Positions 8,184-17,700 of a DNA stretch of 23,892 bases are shown here, one piece after another. The position numbers were made by a program, and so were the translations under genes. Numbering within the stretch: position 1 is the stretch's first letter; each line of letters opens with the position of its first letter. The stretch comes from Chthoniobacteraceae bacterium. GTDB taxonomy: Bacteria; Verrucomicrobiota; Verrucomicrobiia; Chthoniobacterales; Chthoniobacteraceae. Under the pieces are notes generated by a model, which was not told the origin of the DNA, did no database searches, and saw only the letters and a program-made list of their open reading frames with translations. The stretch spans positions 1 through 23,892 of the forward strand of contig JANNXQ010000253.1 of assembly GCA_031409655.1 (NCBI GenBank), given 5' to 3'.

Positions 8184-10601
8184 ATGAATACGGCCGACCG
8201 TCCCTCACTCACTCCGCGTTGGCTGGGTCTGTCAGCCGCAATCCTCGGGATGGCACTGGTCCTCACGGCACTGGTCCTGTGGAGTGGCGCGGACTCGTGG
8301 CGCGGGTGGCTGGCCTGGGCGGGCGCAGGCGCGCTCATTGCCCTCGGGAATTGGCTCGAGCGGCTCTCCGAGGCGCTCCGCGACTTTGGCCGCATCGTCC
8401 TTGGCGGCGGGCTCGCCACGCTTTACGCCGTCACCTTCGCCGCTCATCACCACGGCTCGTTTTTTCTTTTGCGAGGGTGGTTCCTTGCGTTACTCGCCCT
8501 CGCCTTCATCGGCGAAGTTATCACGCGCTGCGCGGCCCGGCGCAACTCGACGAAACTCGCCGCCGTCGCTTTCGCGCTCGCCGGCTTCGGGGCGGCGCTC
8601 CAGCCCTTCGCGTCCTCCTACCTCGGATCCGCCGTCGTGCTCGCCGCGGCGGCCGGTTGGTTCGTCGTGCGCTCAGGTGGCAACATCGTCGCGTGGCTCA
8701 CGCTCGCGATCGCCTACGCTGGCTTCCTCGTCTGGTGGCCCTTTGACGATGGCCGCCTCGACGCCGACCGCTACCTCGAGCTGCACGAATACTTCGAGAC
8801 CCTCTGCGCCTTCGGCCTCGTCTGGCTACTCTTCGCCCGGACTAGCTCCCTCGCCCGTTTCGAACCCAGCCATCGCCTCGCCTTCAGCACGCTGAACAAC
8901 CTCCTCTTCTTCGGCCTCGGCGTACTCATCGTCCCACCGGCCCATCCGGATTGGCATTGGAAATCCACCCTCATCTTCGGCGTCGTACTCCTCGTGGCCG
9001 GTGTACTCACTCGCCCCGCGGACATCCGCCGCAGTTACTTCGTACAAGGTGGACTCCTCGCCGTCCTCGGCATCGTCAGCGCGCTCACCGGACGCGAACT
9101 CGCCGCCCTGCTCGCCGTCGCCAGCGCCTTCTGCGTCCTCACCGTCACGCGCCGCGAAGACTGGCTCCGGCGCGATCTCGCCTTTGCCGCCGCCTTGCTC
9201 ACCGTCGCCGCCGTCTGGATGCCCCTCCGCGAGCACGCGGAAAACGGCCTCCGCCTTGGCGCCCTCACCGGCGGCGTGCTCCTTTTCAATGCCTGCTCGA
9301 TCAGTTCCCGCCGCGACCTCTGGGCACGCTGGGCCGTCGCCGTCTTCACCGCCCTCGGCCTCGGCGTCTGGATGGCCACCACGCTGCACTTCACACCCGA
9401 GACCCAGCGCGCGCCGGTCCTCGCGTTCGAAGGCGTCCTGCTCACCGCTTCCTTCGCCACCCTCGCCGTCTTCGAGATCCCCTGGCTCGCCAAAGCCTTC
9501 TCCCTCGGCGCGCTCGTCGTCTGGTTTCTACAGCTCGAGGCTTTCGTCCGTCCGTGGTGGCATCCCGTCGTCCTCGTCCTCGCCACCATCGCCGTCAGCG
9601 CTTGGTGGCAAACGCGCGGACGCTCGCTGCTTCCCGCGTGGGAACTCGGTCTGGTGCAAGCCATCGCCGCCGCTGCCAGCGTCCTTATCGCCCTCCTCTG
9701 GATTGATGGACGCCTCGCCAGCCAACCCGCCGCTCTCCTCGCCATGAGCGTGCTCGCCCTCGTCGCCCTGCTCTTTTCCATCGCCCTGCGCGACCTCTTC
9801 CTCACCGCCTTCAGCCAGCTCTTCACCATCACCGCGATCGGCGAATTCATCGGTCAACACACCACCGCCCCCCTCCCCGGCGCCCTCGCCGCGCTGGCCC
9901 CCATCGTCGCCCTGCCCATCCTCGCCCGCCTCATTCCCCAGCCTTTTAAAAACACCGAATGGGAGAAACCCATCCGCTGGGTCGCCGCCCTCTACGGCAT
10001 CATCGCCGCCGCCCTCTTCGTCGTCTGGGTCCTGCATTACCTCAGCCCCCCAAACCGCATCCCCGCCCTCGCCCTTGCCGCCATCTTCCTCCTCATCTGG
10101 AGCGTCGTCGTCCAGCCCGCTGGCCCCCTGCTCGCCAGCCTCGTCTGCGCGAGCGGCGCCCTGCTCGCCCTGTGGCTCGGCTGGATCGGCAGCGAAGGCT
10201 TCCTGCTGCGGCACCTCTTTAGCCTCATCCTCCTGCTCGGCTTCGGAGTCATCGGCCGCCGCACCTGCCTGCTGCCCGTCATGCTGCAAAAGATCGGCAC
10301 CCTCATCGGCCTCGCCAGCGTCGTCCATTGGGTCACCCTCTGGGCACCCGTCCACTTCGCCGCCGTCCCGCTCGCCGTCGTCTGGTCCGTCGTCGCCGTC
10401 ATCATCTTTGCCCTCGGTTGGTGGCTGGACGAACCCCTCTACCGCGCCCTCGCCTGGACCCTCCTCGCCACCGCACTCGCCCGCGTCCTCTGGCTGGAAA
10501 GTCACGCCACCGCGCCCTTCCGCCTCGGCCTGCTCGCCATCGGCGCCGCCACCCTCCTCGCCGCCGCCAGCTACGCCCGCCGCTCAGCGCCCGCGACGTG
10601 A
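8184..10601 (+). CDS. Large polytopic membrane protein, DUF2339-like
   Basis: 805 aa, hydrophobic helices along almost the whole length. GRIVLGGGLATLYAVTFAAH and the C-terminal LYRALAWTLL...RV segment resemble DUF2339 proteins. Confidence 0.65.
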   Translation: MNTADRPSLTPRWLGLSAAILGMALVLTALVLWSGADSWRGWLAWAGAGALIALGNWLERLSEALRDFGRIVLGGGLATLYAVTFAAHHHGSFFLLRGWFLALLALAFIGEVITRCAARRNSTKLAAVAFALAGFGAALQPFASSYLGSAVVLAAAAGWFVVRSGGNIVAWLTLAIAYAGFLVWWPFDDGRLDADRYLELHEYFETLCAFGLVWLLFARTSSLARFEPSHRLAFSTLNNLLFFGLGVLIVPPAHPDWHWKSTLIFGVVLLVAGVLTRPADIRRSYFVQGGLLAVLGIVSALTGRELAALLAVASAFCVLTVTRREDWLRRDLAFAAALLTVAAVWMPLREHAENGLRLGALTGGVLLFNACSISSRRDLWARWAVAVFTALGLGVWMATTLHFTPETQRAPVLAFEGVLLTASFATLAVFEIPWLAKAFSLGALVVWFLQLEAFVRPWWHPVVLVLATIAVSAWWQTRGRSLLPAWELGLVQAIAAAASVLIALLWIDGRLASQPAALLAMSVLALVALLFSIALRDLFLTAFSQLFTITAIGEFIGQHTTAPLPGALAALAPIVALPILARLIPQPFKNTEWEKPIRWVAALYGIIAAALFVVWVLHYLSPPNRIPALALAAIFLLIWSVVVQPAGPLLASLVCASGALLALWLGWIGSEGFLLRHLFSLILLLGFGVIGRRTCLLPVMLQKIGTLIGLASVVHWVTLWAPVHFAAVPLAVVWSVVAVIIFALGWWLDEPLYRALAWTLLATALARVLWLESHATAPFRLGLLAIGAATLLAAASYARRSAPAT

Positions 10602-10730
10602 CACCCGCCCGCGCGCACTACCCAGGCAGCCCCGCCCGCGCGTCGCGGCGGAGCGGGGACGGCGACTCGTGAATAGGGATCAGTGAATCGTGGAGCGTGG
10701 CTCCGTTCGGACGAGGCCGGTGGGGAAGAT

Positions 10731-10841
10731 AACATCGAACGTCGAACGTCGAACATCGAACGAGCCCCCAAGCGCTGCACGCAAGTGCGGCTCCCGCGGC
10801 TGTATTCGATGTTCGATGTTCGATGTTCGACGTTCGACGTT
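10731..10841. repeat. Intergenic heptamer-repeat palindrome (AACRTCG)n-spacer-(TTCGAYG)n
   Basis: 10731-10761: four AACRTCG units plus AAC. About 43-bp spacer. 10805-10841: five TTCGAYG units plus TT. Same unit as 879-974, located between convergent genes. Confidence 0.9.
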
Positions 10842-10850
10842 CTCCCTGCC

Positions 10851-11375
10851 TCAAGGCGCCAGCGTCACCTTCACCACATCCGTCCAATCCCCATTCGGCG
10901 TGCCTTTATCCCAATAACGCGCACGATACTCGCGCACCTCGGGCTTCGTGGGATCGAGCAGCGGGCGCTGATCCACATACGGACTCTCCGTGTCGATACC
11001 GAGAAACTCCCACGCGCCCCCATTCCGGCGGGCCTCGGCGAAGATGCCCTGGTGACCGTACTTCGTAAACTCCAACTGCCCGCACTGGCACTCGGGCCCC
11101 TGGATCGCCACCGCCTTCAAGCCCGGCACCGGATGCGACGCCCCGCCGCCCGTAGGCACGATGCCGAGATCCAGGCCCAGCGCCTCCGTGTAGCTGCTGC
11201 TGTCCTTGATCTCACGCACGAGATTAAAGAGGCGGGTGAGCGTCCCCGGCGGCACCGGCACCACCCCGGCAGGCAGCGTCGGCGCAGTGAAAATGGGGAG
11301 CGCCATCGCCTCCGATCCGGTGCCCCCCAGCACTTCATCCACCGCCATGGTGCTGGCCGGGCCAAAGGCGCGTAG
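10851..11375 (-). pseudogene. Probably 5'-truncated hypothetical gene (helical region plus C-terminal beta/FN3-like domain)
   Basis: Protein-like sequence runs from LRAFGPAST through WEFLGIDTESPYVDQRPLL...EVREYRARY...WTDVVKVT to the stop at 10851. Upstream of 11375 the frame enters an inverted-repeat-bounded segment with no convincing start. Confidence 0.55.
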
Positions 11376-11550
11376 CCGGAGGGCGTGCTTGGAGAAGAGG
11401 ACCCCTCCTTCATACGCGGGTCGAAGGCCATCCACGAACACGCGGTCGGCATCGCGCGTCGGCTAGCAGCGCAGCCCCTGGACCGCCAAGGGGCAGGTTT
11501 AAGAATCGAGCCCGACCGGCCAGCCCATTCCGTGAAATCCCTCCGGCCAC
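11372..11550. mobile_element. Putative ~180-bp non-autonomous (REPIN/MITE-like) element with GTAG-led terminal inverted repeats
   Basis: gtagccggaggg (11372-11383) and ccctccggccac (11539-11550) match as reverse complements at 11/12 positions. GTAG is the hallmark tetranucleotide of one REP class. Confidence 0.4.
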
Positions 11551-11562
11551 TCGCCGCCCGAA

Positions 11563-12576
11563 TTACCTCCGCCGTCGCCGGGTGGAAAAGATCGCCGCTC
11601 CGAGGCCGGCAAGCACCGCGCCGCTCGGCTCGGGAACCGTGGCCACGCGAAACCCCTGGTAGGGCTGCGTAGAGACTCCGCCATCCCCGGGTCGGGCGGT
11701 CGAGCGCAATCCAGCCGACGTGTCGCCCCATCCTCCGCCACGACTGACGTAGAATTGCGACTGCGTCACAGTTCCCGTGTATTCGGACAGGTTCCCGGCC
11801 TGATCAAAGGTGCCGTAGTAACTTGAAGCCGCCAAAAAGGCTCCGACCAGAGTCGTCGCGATATTAGGCTGAGCAGTTGAGTTTGAGATCGCAAAGCCCC
11901 CGTTGAATCCGTTATCGAGTCCGTCGTCGCGGTAAAAGTTTGCACTGTTCGTATCGGTCGCACTGCCATTGCGGCTCCTCGGCGCGGTATCAGAGCGCGT
12001 CGGGTAGAGCCAGTAGTCGTCCGCCGGCCCCGTCGGACTCGGGTCATAGTAGGCGGCCTTGTACCACTCGTTTTCTGTGGGAATCCACCACCGGGCGTCA
12101 GCGTTTCTTTGAAAGATCCCACTGTTGGCTCCCAACAAAGTGTACGCCCCGTCCTCCGTGGTCGCGGCGTTCTGGAGCCCGGCGGGCTGCCCATTGTGGA
12201 GCCAGTTCACAAACCGGGCTGCATCAAACCACGTCACATACGCGACCGGCCGGTTTACATCGCCGGTCACCGAGTATTGATAGCTGCCGGCGAGACCGCT
12301 CTGCACAATTTCTTCATCGAAACCCAATGCCCGGTCGTAAAGGCCGTGGGTATCCGAAGCCGCGACGGCGTTCAGGAATTCCCCATACTGGCCCAGCGTC
12401 ACTTCGAACTTCCCGATCGAGTAGGCGTAGCTCACCGAGCCATAGAGGTTCCCAGTTCCGGGGTCCGGCGGGTTATTGGCATCGCCGACGAGCACCACGG
12501 GAAGATTGAGGCCCAAGGCGGTTGCGAGAGCAGCACTACAAGCGCCGAGGGTTGCCAACAGTGGGGAGAACTTCAT
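11563..12576 (-). CDS. Formylglycine-generating-enzyme (SUMF1/FGE-sulfatase) fold protein with PEP-CTERM sorting signal
   Basis: Signal peptide MKFSPLLATLGAC..., IGKFEVTLGQYGEFLN, PVAYVTWFDAARFVNWL, IPTENEWYKAAYY, YGTFDQAGNLSEY, GFRV, then VPEPS-hydrophobic-RRRRR. Alternative start at 12615. Confidence 0.88.
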   Translation of the reverse strand: MKFSPLLATLGACSAALATALGLNLPVVLVGDANNPPDPGTGNLYGSVSYAYSIGKFEVTLGQYGEFLNAVAASDTHGLYDRALGFDEEIVQSGLAGSYQYSVTGDVNRPVAYVTWFDAARFVNWLHNGQPAGLQNAATTEDGAYTLLGANSGIFQRNADARWWIPTENEWYKAAYYDPSPTGPADDYWLYPTRSDTAPRSRNGSATDTNSANFYRDDGLDNGFNGGFAISNSTAQPNIATTLVGAFLAASSYYGTFDQAGNLSEYTGTVTQSQFYVSRGGGWGDTSAGLRSTARPGDGGVSTQPYQGFRVATVPEPSGAVLAGLGAAIFSTRRRRR

Positions 12577-12668
12577 CGGGAGAAATGATCGCTGGAGCGT
12601 CGCACTAGCGGCCATGGAGACCGCCGGACTTCACTCCGGTAAGCATTGTGAGAACTCTGGCGATTCCG

Positions 12669-12839
12669 TCAATGGCAAAACCGCCCCTCACGGCCCAGGG
12701 CCGGATACTCCTCCAGCACATCGGCAATCTCGTCCCCAGCGCCGAGAAACTCGAGGACGGTCTGCACGGCTATCCGCGTGCCCGCGATGACGGGGCGACC
12801 ATTGCAGATGGTGGGATCAATGAGAATGCGCTCTTCCAT
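12669..12839 (-). pseudogene. DUF433-family (VapB45-like antitoxin) gene, C-terminally truncated; absent from the ORF track
   Basis: Manual translation gives MEERILIDPTICNGRPVIAGTRIAVQTVLEFLGAGDEIADVLEEYPALGREGRFCH* (56 aa), matching the DUF433 pattern IDPxICxGxPxIxGTRI...YPxL. The usual final helix and a downstream toxin gene are missing. Confidence 0.75.
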
Positions 12840-12899
12840 GCGCAGACGGTGCCACAGCGCAGCGACTCCGCCAAGTGTGGAGGCAGGCGGCGCGGCGGC

Positions 12900-14510
12900 C
12901 TACTGCGCGGTGAGCGCCGCGCGTTCGTTGTCGAGCGCGCCGGTTTTTTCCAGGAAGTAATCGTAGCCACCCGGATAGGGCATCACCTTGCCGCCGGTGA
13001 CGTGCAGCGTTTTCGTGGCAAGCTTGCGGATGAAATGCACGTCGTGGGAAATGAAGACTAACGTGCCCTCATAATGCTCCAGCGCGAGGATCAGGGACTC
13101 GACGGTGTGGATGTCGAGATGAGTAGTGGGCTCGTCCATCAGGAGTAAGTTCGGCGGATCGACGAGGAACTTGATCAGGTTCAGCCGCGTCTTCTCGCCG
13201 CCACTGAGGATCTCGGTCTTCTTGTAGATTTCCTCTTTGCGAAAGAGGAAGGAGCCGAGGATGCCGCGGGCTTCGTTTTCACTGAGTTCGCCGTTGGCGG
13301 CCATTACTTCCTGGAGCACGGTCTTCGCGGGATCGAGAGTGGCGGAGCGGTGCTGGCTGAAGTAACCGATCTTCGCATTGAGCCCCGGGGTGCGTTTGCC
13401 TTTCTGGAACTGCAGTTCGTCGGCGAGGATCTTGAGCAGGGTGGACTTCCCGGCGCCATTCGGACCCACGAGCACGGTGCGTTCGCCGCGCTCGATGTCG
13501 AGGTCGAGGCTGCGATAGACGACATTATCGCCGTAGGCCATGTGGATGCCTTCGAGCGCCATGACGCGCTGCCCGCTGCGCACGGGTTGTGGGATATTAA
13601 AGCGGAAGGGTTTCTTCGGCGGCAGGGGCTTTTCAATCAGCTCCATGCGCTCGATCTGCTTGAGTTTGCTCATGGCCTGCGAGGCCTTTGATGCGACTTG
13701 GCGGAAGCGGTCGTAGAACTCGCGGAGATTGGCGATTTCCTTCTGCTGATTTTTGTAAGCGGCCTCCTGGCGGATGTACGCGGCCTCGCGCTGTTCGAGG
13801 AAGGCGGTGTAGTTGCCGGCGTACTCGAGGAGTTTGCGCTCGTTGATCTCGTACACTTTTTCGACGATCTCATCCATGAACTCGCGATCGTGGGAAATGA
13901 GGAGGACGGCGCCGGAGTAGTTCTTGAGATACTTTTGCAGCCAGAGCAGCGAGAGCAGGTCGAGGTGATTGGTGGGCTCGTCGAGCATCAGCAGATCGGG
14001 CTCCATGACGAGGAGGCGGGCCAGGTGGGCGCGCATCACCCAGCCGCCGCTCATCTCTTTCGCGGGACGCGCGAAGTCGGACTCGCGATAGCCGAGACCG
14101 CCGAGCATTTTCTTGGCGCGGGCTTCCACCTGCGGGTCGCTCAGGGCTTCGTGTTTGGCGTGTGCTTCGAGATACTCGGGGCCGTCCACCTGACCCGCCT
14201 GCTCGAGGGCGTGCAGCTTGGCCTCCAGCGCCGGCAGCTCGCCCGCGCGGCCAGTGGCCACGTCGAGCACGGTCTCCGCACCCACGGGTTCGGACTCCTG
14301 CGGGAGGTAACCGATCATGGTCCAGGCATCGCGCTCCACGGTGCCGGAGTCGGGCTCCTCTTTCTTCAGGACGATGTTGAAGAGGGTGGACTTGCCGGCA
14401 CCATTCGGCCCCACGAGGGCGACGCGTTCGCCGTAGTTCACCTGGATGGCGGCGTCTTCAAAGAGGACGCGGCCGCCGTGGGATTTTTTGAGATTGCGGA
14501 TCGTGAGCAT
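12900..14510 (-). CDS. ABC-F family ribosome-associated ATPase (YheS/YbiT/Uup-like)
   Basis: Two NBDs (GPNGAGKST twice; MSGGW and LSGGE signatures; LMLDEPTNHLD and LLMDEPTTHLD) joined by a GNY...helical linker. No TM domain. Confidence 0.93.
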   Translation of the reverse strand: MLTIRNLKKSHGGRVLFEDAAIQVNYGERVALVGPNGAGKSTLFNIVLKKEEPDSGTVERDAWTMIGYLPQESEPVGAETVLDVATGRAGELPALEAKLHALEQAGQVDGPEYLEAHAKHEALSDPQVEARAKKMLGGLGYRESDFARPAKEMSGGWVMRAHLARLLVMEPDLLMLDEPTNHLDLLSLLWLQKYLKNYSGAVLLISHDREFMDEIVEKVYEINERKLLEYAGNYTAFLEQREAAYIRQEAAYKNQQKEIANLREFYDRFRQVASKASQAMSKLKQIERMELIEKPLPPKKPFRFNIPQPVRSGQRVMALEGIHMAYGDNVVYRSLDLDIERGERTVLVGPNGAGKSTLLKILADELQFQKGKRTPGLNAKIGYFSQHRSATLDPAKTVLQEVMAANGELSENEARGILGSFLFRKEEIYKKTEILSGGEKTRLNLIKFLVDPPNLLLMDEPTTHLDIHTVESLILALEHYEGTLVFISHDVHFIRKLATKTLHVTGGKVMPYPGGYDYFLEKTGALDNERAALTAQ

Positions 14511-14711
14511 GGGAAAGCGGGGCGGGACAGTGCGAGAGGATCAGGCAAAGCTCAAGGACCGACCTTCGGCGGGGTCGGGCGTCCAGCCGAGAGAGCGCGT
14601 GCCCGAAGCCGCGCGATGTCCTGTTTCCCACAAAAAATCTCCACCGCCGCCCCTCGCGGACTTGCCGTCGCTTGGTTCTCTTTCACACTCTCCCTCGCTC
14701 CATCCCTCGCC

Positions 14712-17700
14712 ATGAAGAAACTCGTCCCTCTCTTGCTCCTACTCGCCCTCTGCGTCACCGGCACCGCCGCGCCGCGTCCGATTCGCGTGCTTTTCCTCGG
14801 GCATGAATCCGAACATCACCCGAGCGCGACGTATCTGCCTTTCCTGATGGAGACGAATGGACGCGAGGCGATCTACTTCGATTACTTCACCCAACCCGAT
14901 TGCCTGAACGCGGCGACCCTCGCGCATTACGACGCGGTAATGCTTTACGCAAACCACGGTAAGATGAAGCCGGAGCAGTTCGACGCACTGAATACCTTCG
15001 TGGAAAGCGGGCATGGCTTCCTGCCGATCCACTGCGCCAGTGCGTGCTTCGGGAATGAGCCGCGCTTCAGCGCGCTGGTCGGCGGTCGCTTTGCGTCGCA
15101 CAAGACGGGGACTTTCAAGACGACCTTCGTCGATCAGTCGCACCCCATCCTCGCGGGAGTGAATGAGTATGAAACGTGGGATGAGACTTACGTGCATGAT
15201 CAGCTTAACACGCAGGGCCGCAAGTTACTCGCGGAGCGGGTGGAGGGGGAACATCGCGAGCCCTGGACTTGGGTGCGCGAGCAGGGCAAAGGTCGGGTCT
15301 TTTACACGGCGAGCGGTCACGACGAGCGGACGTGGAAGAACCCGGACTTTCAGTGCATGCTGCGCAACGCGATCGTCTGGAGCGTGGGGGATACGGTGCG
15401 CGGGGAGTGGGAGAAGTTCCTCAGCTCGCGCGAGCCCGAGGTGCGGGAAAAGAATCCGAACGTGGCCAACTACGAGAAGCGCCCGGAGCCGCTCACTTTC
15501 CAGCAACCCTACAATGTGAAGGGGGCGATGGAACGCACGCAGGTCCCGGCGGATTGCCGCTTGGAGCTCTTCGCCAGCGAGCCGGACATCACGAAGCCAA
15601 TCGCCTTCGCCTGGGATGAACGCGGGCGCCTGTGGGTGGCCGAGACGCGCGACTATCCGCACGGCGTGGTGGAAGGCGGCGAAGGCAACGACGACATCAA
15701 GATTTGCGAAGACACGGACGGCGATGGGCGCGCGGATAAGTTCACGGTTTTTGCCGATAAGCTGAACATCCCGACCGGCCTCGTCTTTGCGCGCGGCGGG
15801 GTGATCGTCTCGCAGCCGCCACGCTTTGTCTTCCTCAAGGACTCAAACGGCGACGATAAGGCGGACGTGCGCGAGGTGATCATCGATGCGTGGGGCGTGC
15901 GCGACACCCACGCGCAGGCGAGTAACCTGCACTACGGCTACGATAACTGGCTCTATGGGTGCGTCGGTTACTCGGGCTTTGAGCGGATGGTGGATGGGAG
16001 GAAGCAGCAGTTCGCGATGGGCACGTATCGCTTTAAGGCGGATGGGTCGGCGCTGGAGTTCCTGCATCAGTTCACGAATAACTCCTGGGCGCACAGCGCG
16101 AACGACGCGGGCGATCAATTTGGCGGCACGGCGAATGGCGCGCCGATCTTCTACTGCGGCATCCCGAAGACCGCGGCTCCGGCGGGCATGAACATCATGA
16201 CGGCGAAGAAGATCAATGTGGTGGAACTGGCGCACGCGATCACGCCGAACTACCGGCAGGTGGACGTGCTGGGTTGCTACACCGCGGCGGCGGGCTCGGC
16301 CTTCATCGAGTCGAAGAACCTGCCCGCGCGTTTCCAGGGCAAGGCGATGGTCTGCGAACCGACGATGAAACTCGTGGCGCTGATGGACGTGCGTCCAAAC
16401 GGCGCGGGCTACGTGGCGCAGGATGGGATGAATATTTTCGCGAGCAGCGATGAGTGGACCTCGCCGGTCTATGCAGAAGTCGGCCCCGATGGCGCGGTCT
16501 GGATCGCCGACTGGCAGAACTTCATCATCCAGCACAACCCGACGCCGAGCCCCGAACGGGGTGGTTACAAGGCGGAGACGGGTGTTGGCGGCGCGCACGT
16601 GAACGAACTGCGCGACCACGCACGCGGCCGCATCTATCGCGTGATCGCCAAGAACGCGAAGGTGGTGAAGAAGTCGCTCGCCGGAGCGAAAGCGCCAGAG
16701 CTCGTCGCCGCGCTGAATGACGACATCCAATCCTGGCGTCTGCTCGCGCAGAAGAATCTCGTGGAAGGCCGGGTGACGGACGCGACCGATTCGCTGAAGA
16801 CGCTGGTGCTCGCGAATGACGGAACCATCGGATCTGTCCACGCGCTCTGGGCGCTGCACGGCCTCGGCACTCTCGACGAAGCGACGCACAAGGCCGCGCT
16901 CCTCGCGAAGGACGCGCGGCTCCGCCGCAACGCGATCCGCGCCCTGGACGCCGACGCCCGGTCGCAGGCGCTCTACTTCGGCGCGGGGGTCTTTGCCGAT
17001 CCTGATCTCAACACGCGGCTCGCGGCTTTCGTGAAGCTCGCAAGTTTCCCCACTACCCCGGAAATCCAAACGCTCATCGGCAAACTCGTCGCCGATCCTC
17101 TGGTGCGGAAGGACGAGTGGCTGAGCGACGCCGCGAAGCTGCTCGGGAAGAAACATGGCACGGGCACTTTCAAGGAAGGCCCCAACCTTCTCACCAATGC
17201 CAGCCTCGAAGACCTCGACGCGAACGGCCTGCCGGTGGGTTGGAAGCGCCGCGACTACGGCGGCCCGGCGCACAAGAAGGGCAACGCTGGCGCCGAATGG
17301 CAGATCGTAAGCGAAGCGCACAGCGGGAAGAGCGCCCTGCGCTGCATCACGCGCGACGAAGCGGACACGAGCCTCCATCAAAACGTGGCGATCAAACCGC
17401 ACACGACCTATCGCCTGAGCGGCTGGGTGAAGTCGCACGGCCTCCGGGGCAAGGTGAGTTTCAACGATCACCTCGGCCGCGCCGAGACCGACAAACTCAC
17501 CGCACGCGAGTCCGGCTGGGTCGAGGTCGAGACGATCTTCGACAGCAAGGAGAAGGCGACCGCGAGCATCAACATTCTGCACGTCGCGAAAGGCGACGGT
17601 TACTTCGACGACGTGAAGCTCGCCGAGTTGCAGCCCGTCGATGCCGCCCCCGAACAAGCGCTCACTGGCCTCGCGAAACGCGGCGAAGAGATCTTCTGGA

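Noticed and set aside
10604..10642. 12-bp direct repeat cccgcccgcgcg (10604-10615, 10631-10642)
   Set aside because: All-GC low-complexity word that is plausible by chance in this genome.
10683..11375. 230-aa + strand ORF containing NIERRTSNIE and MFDVRCSTFDV
   Set aside because: A translation of the heptamer palindrome plus the antisense of the 10851-11375 gene.
11563..11760. Diversity-generating retroelement target (FGE-type CLec fold ending in GFRV)
   Set aside because: No template repeat copy and no reverse transcriptase are visible in the window.
13698..14711. N-terminal 338 aa of the 1416-aa ORF
   Set aside because: Mostly the antisense shadow of the ABC-F gene. The real protein starts at ATG 14712 with a signal peptide.
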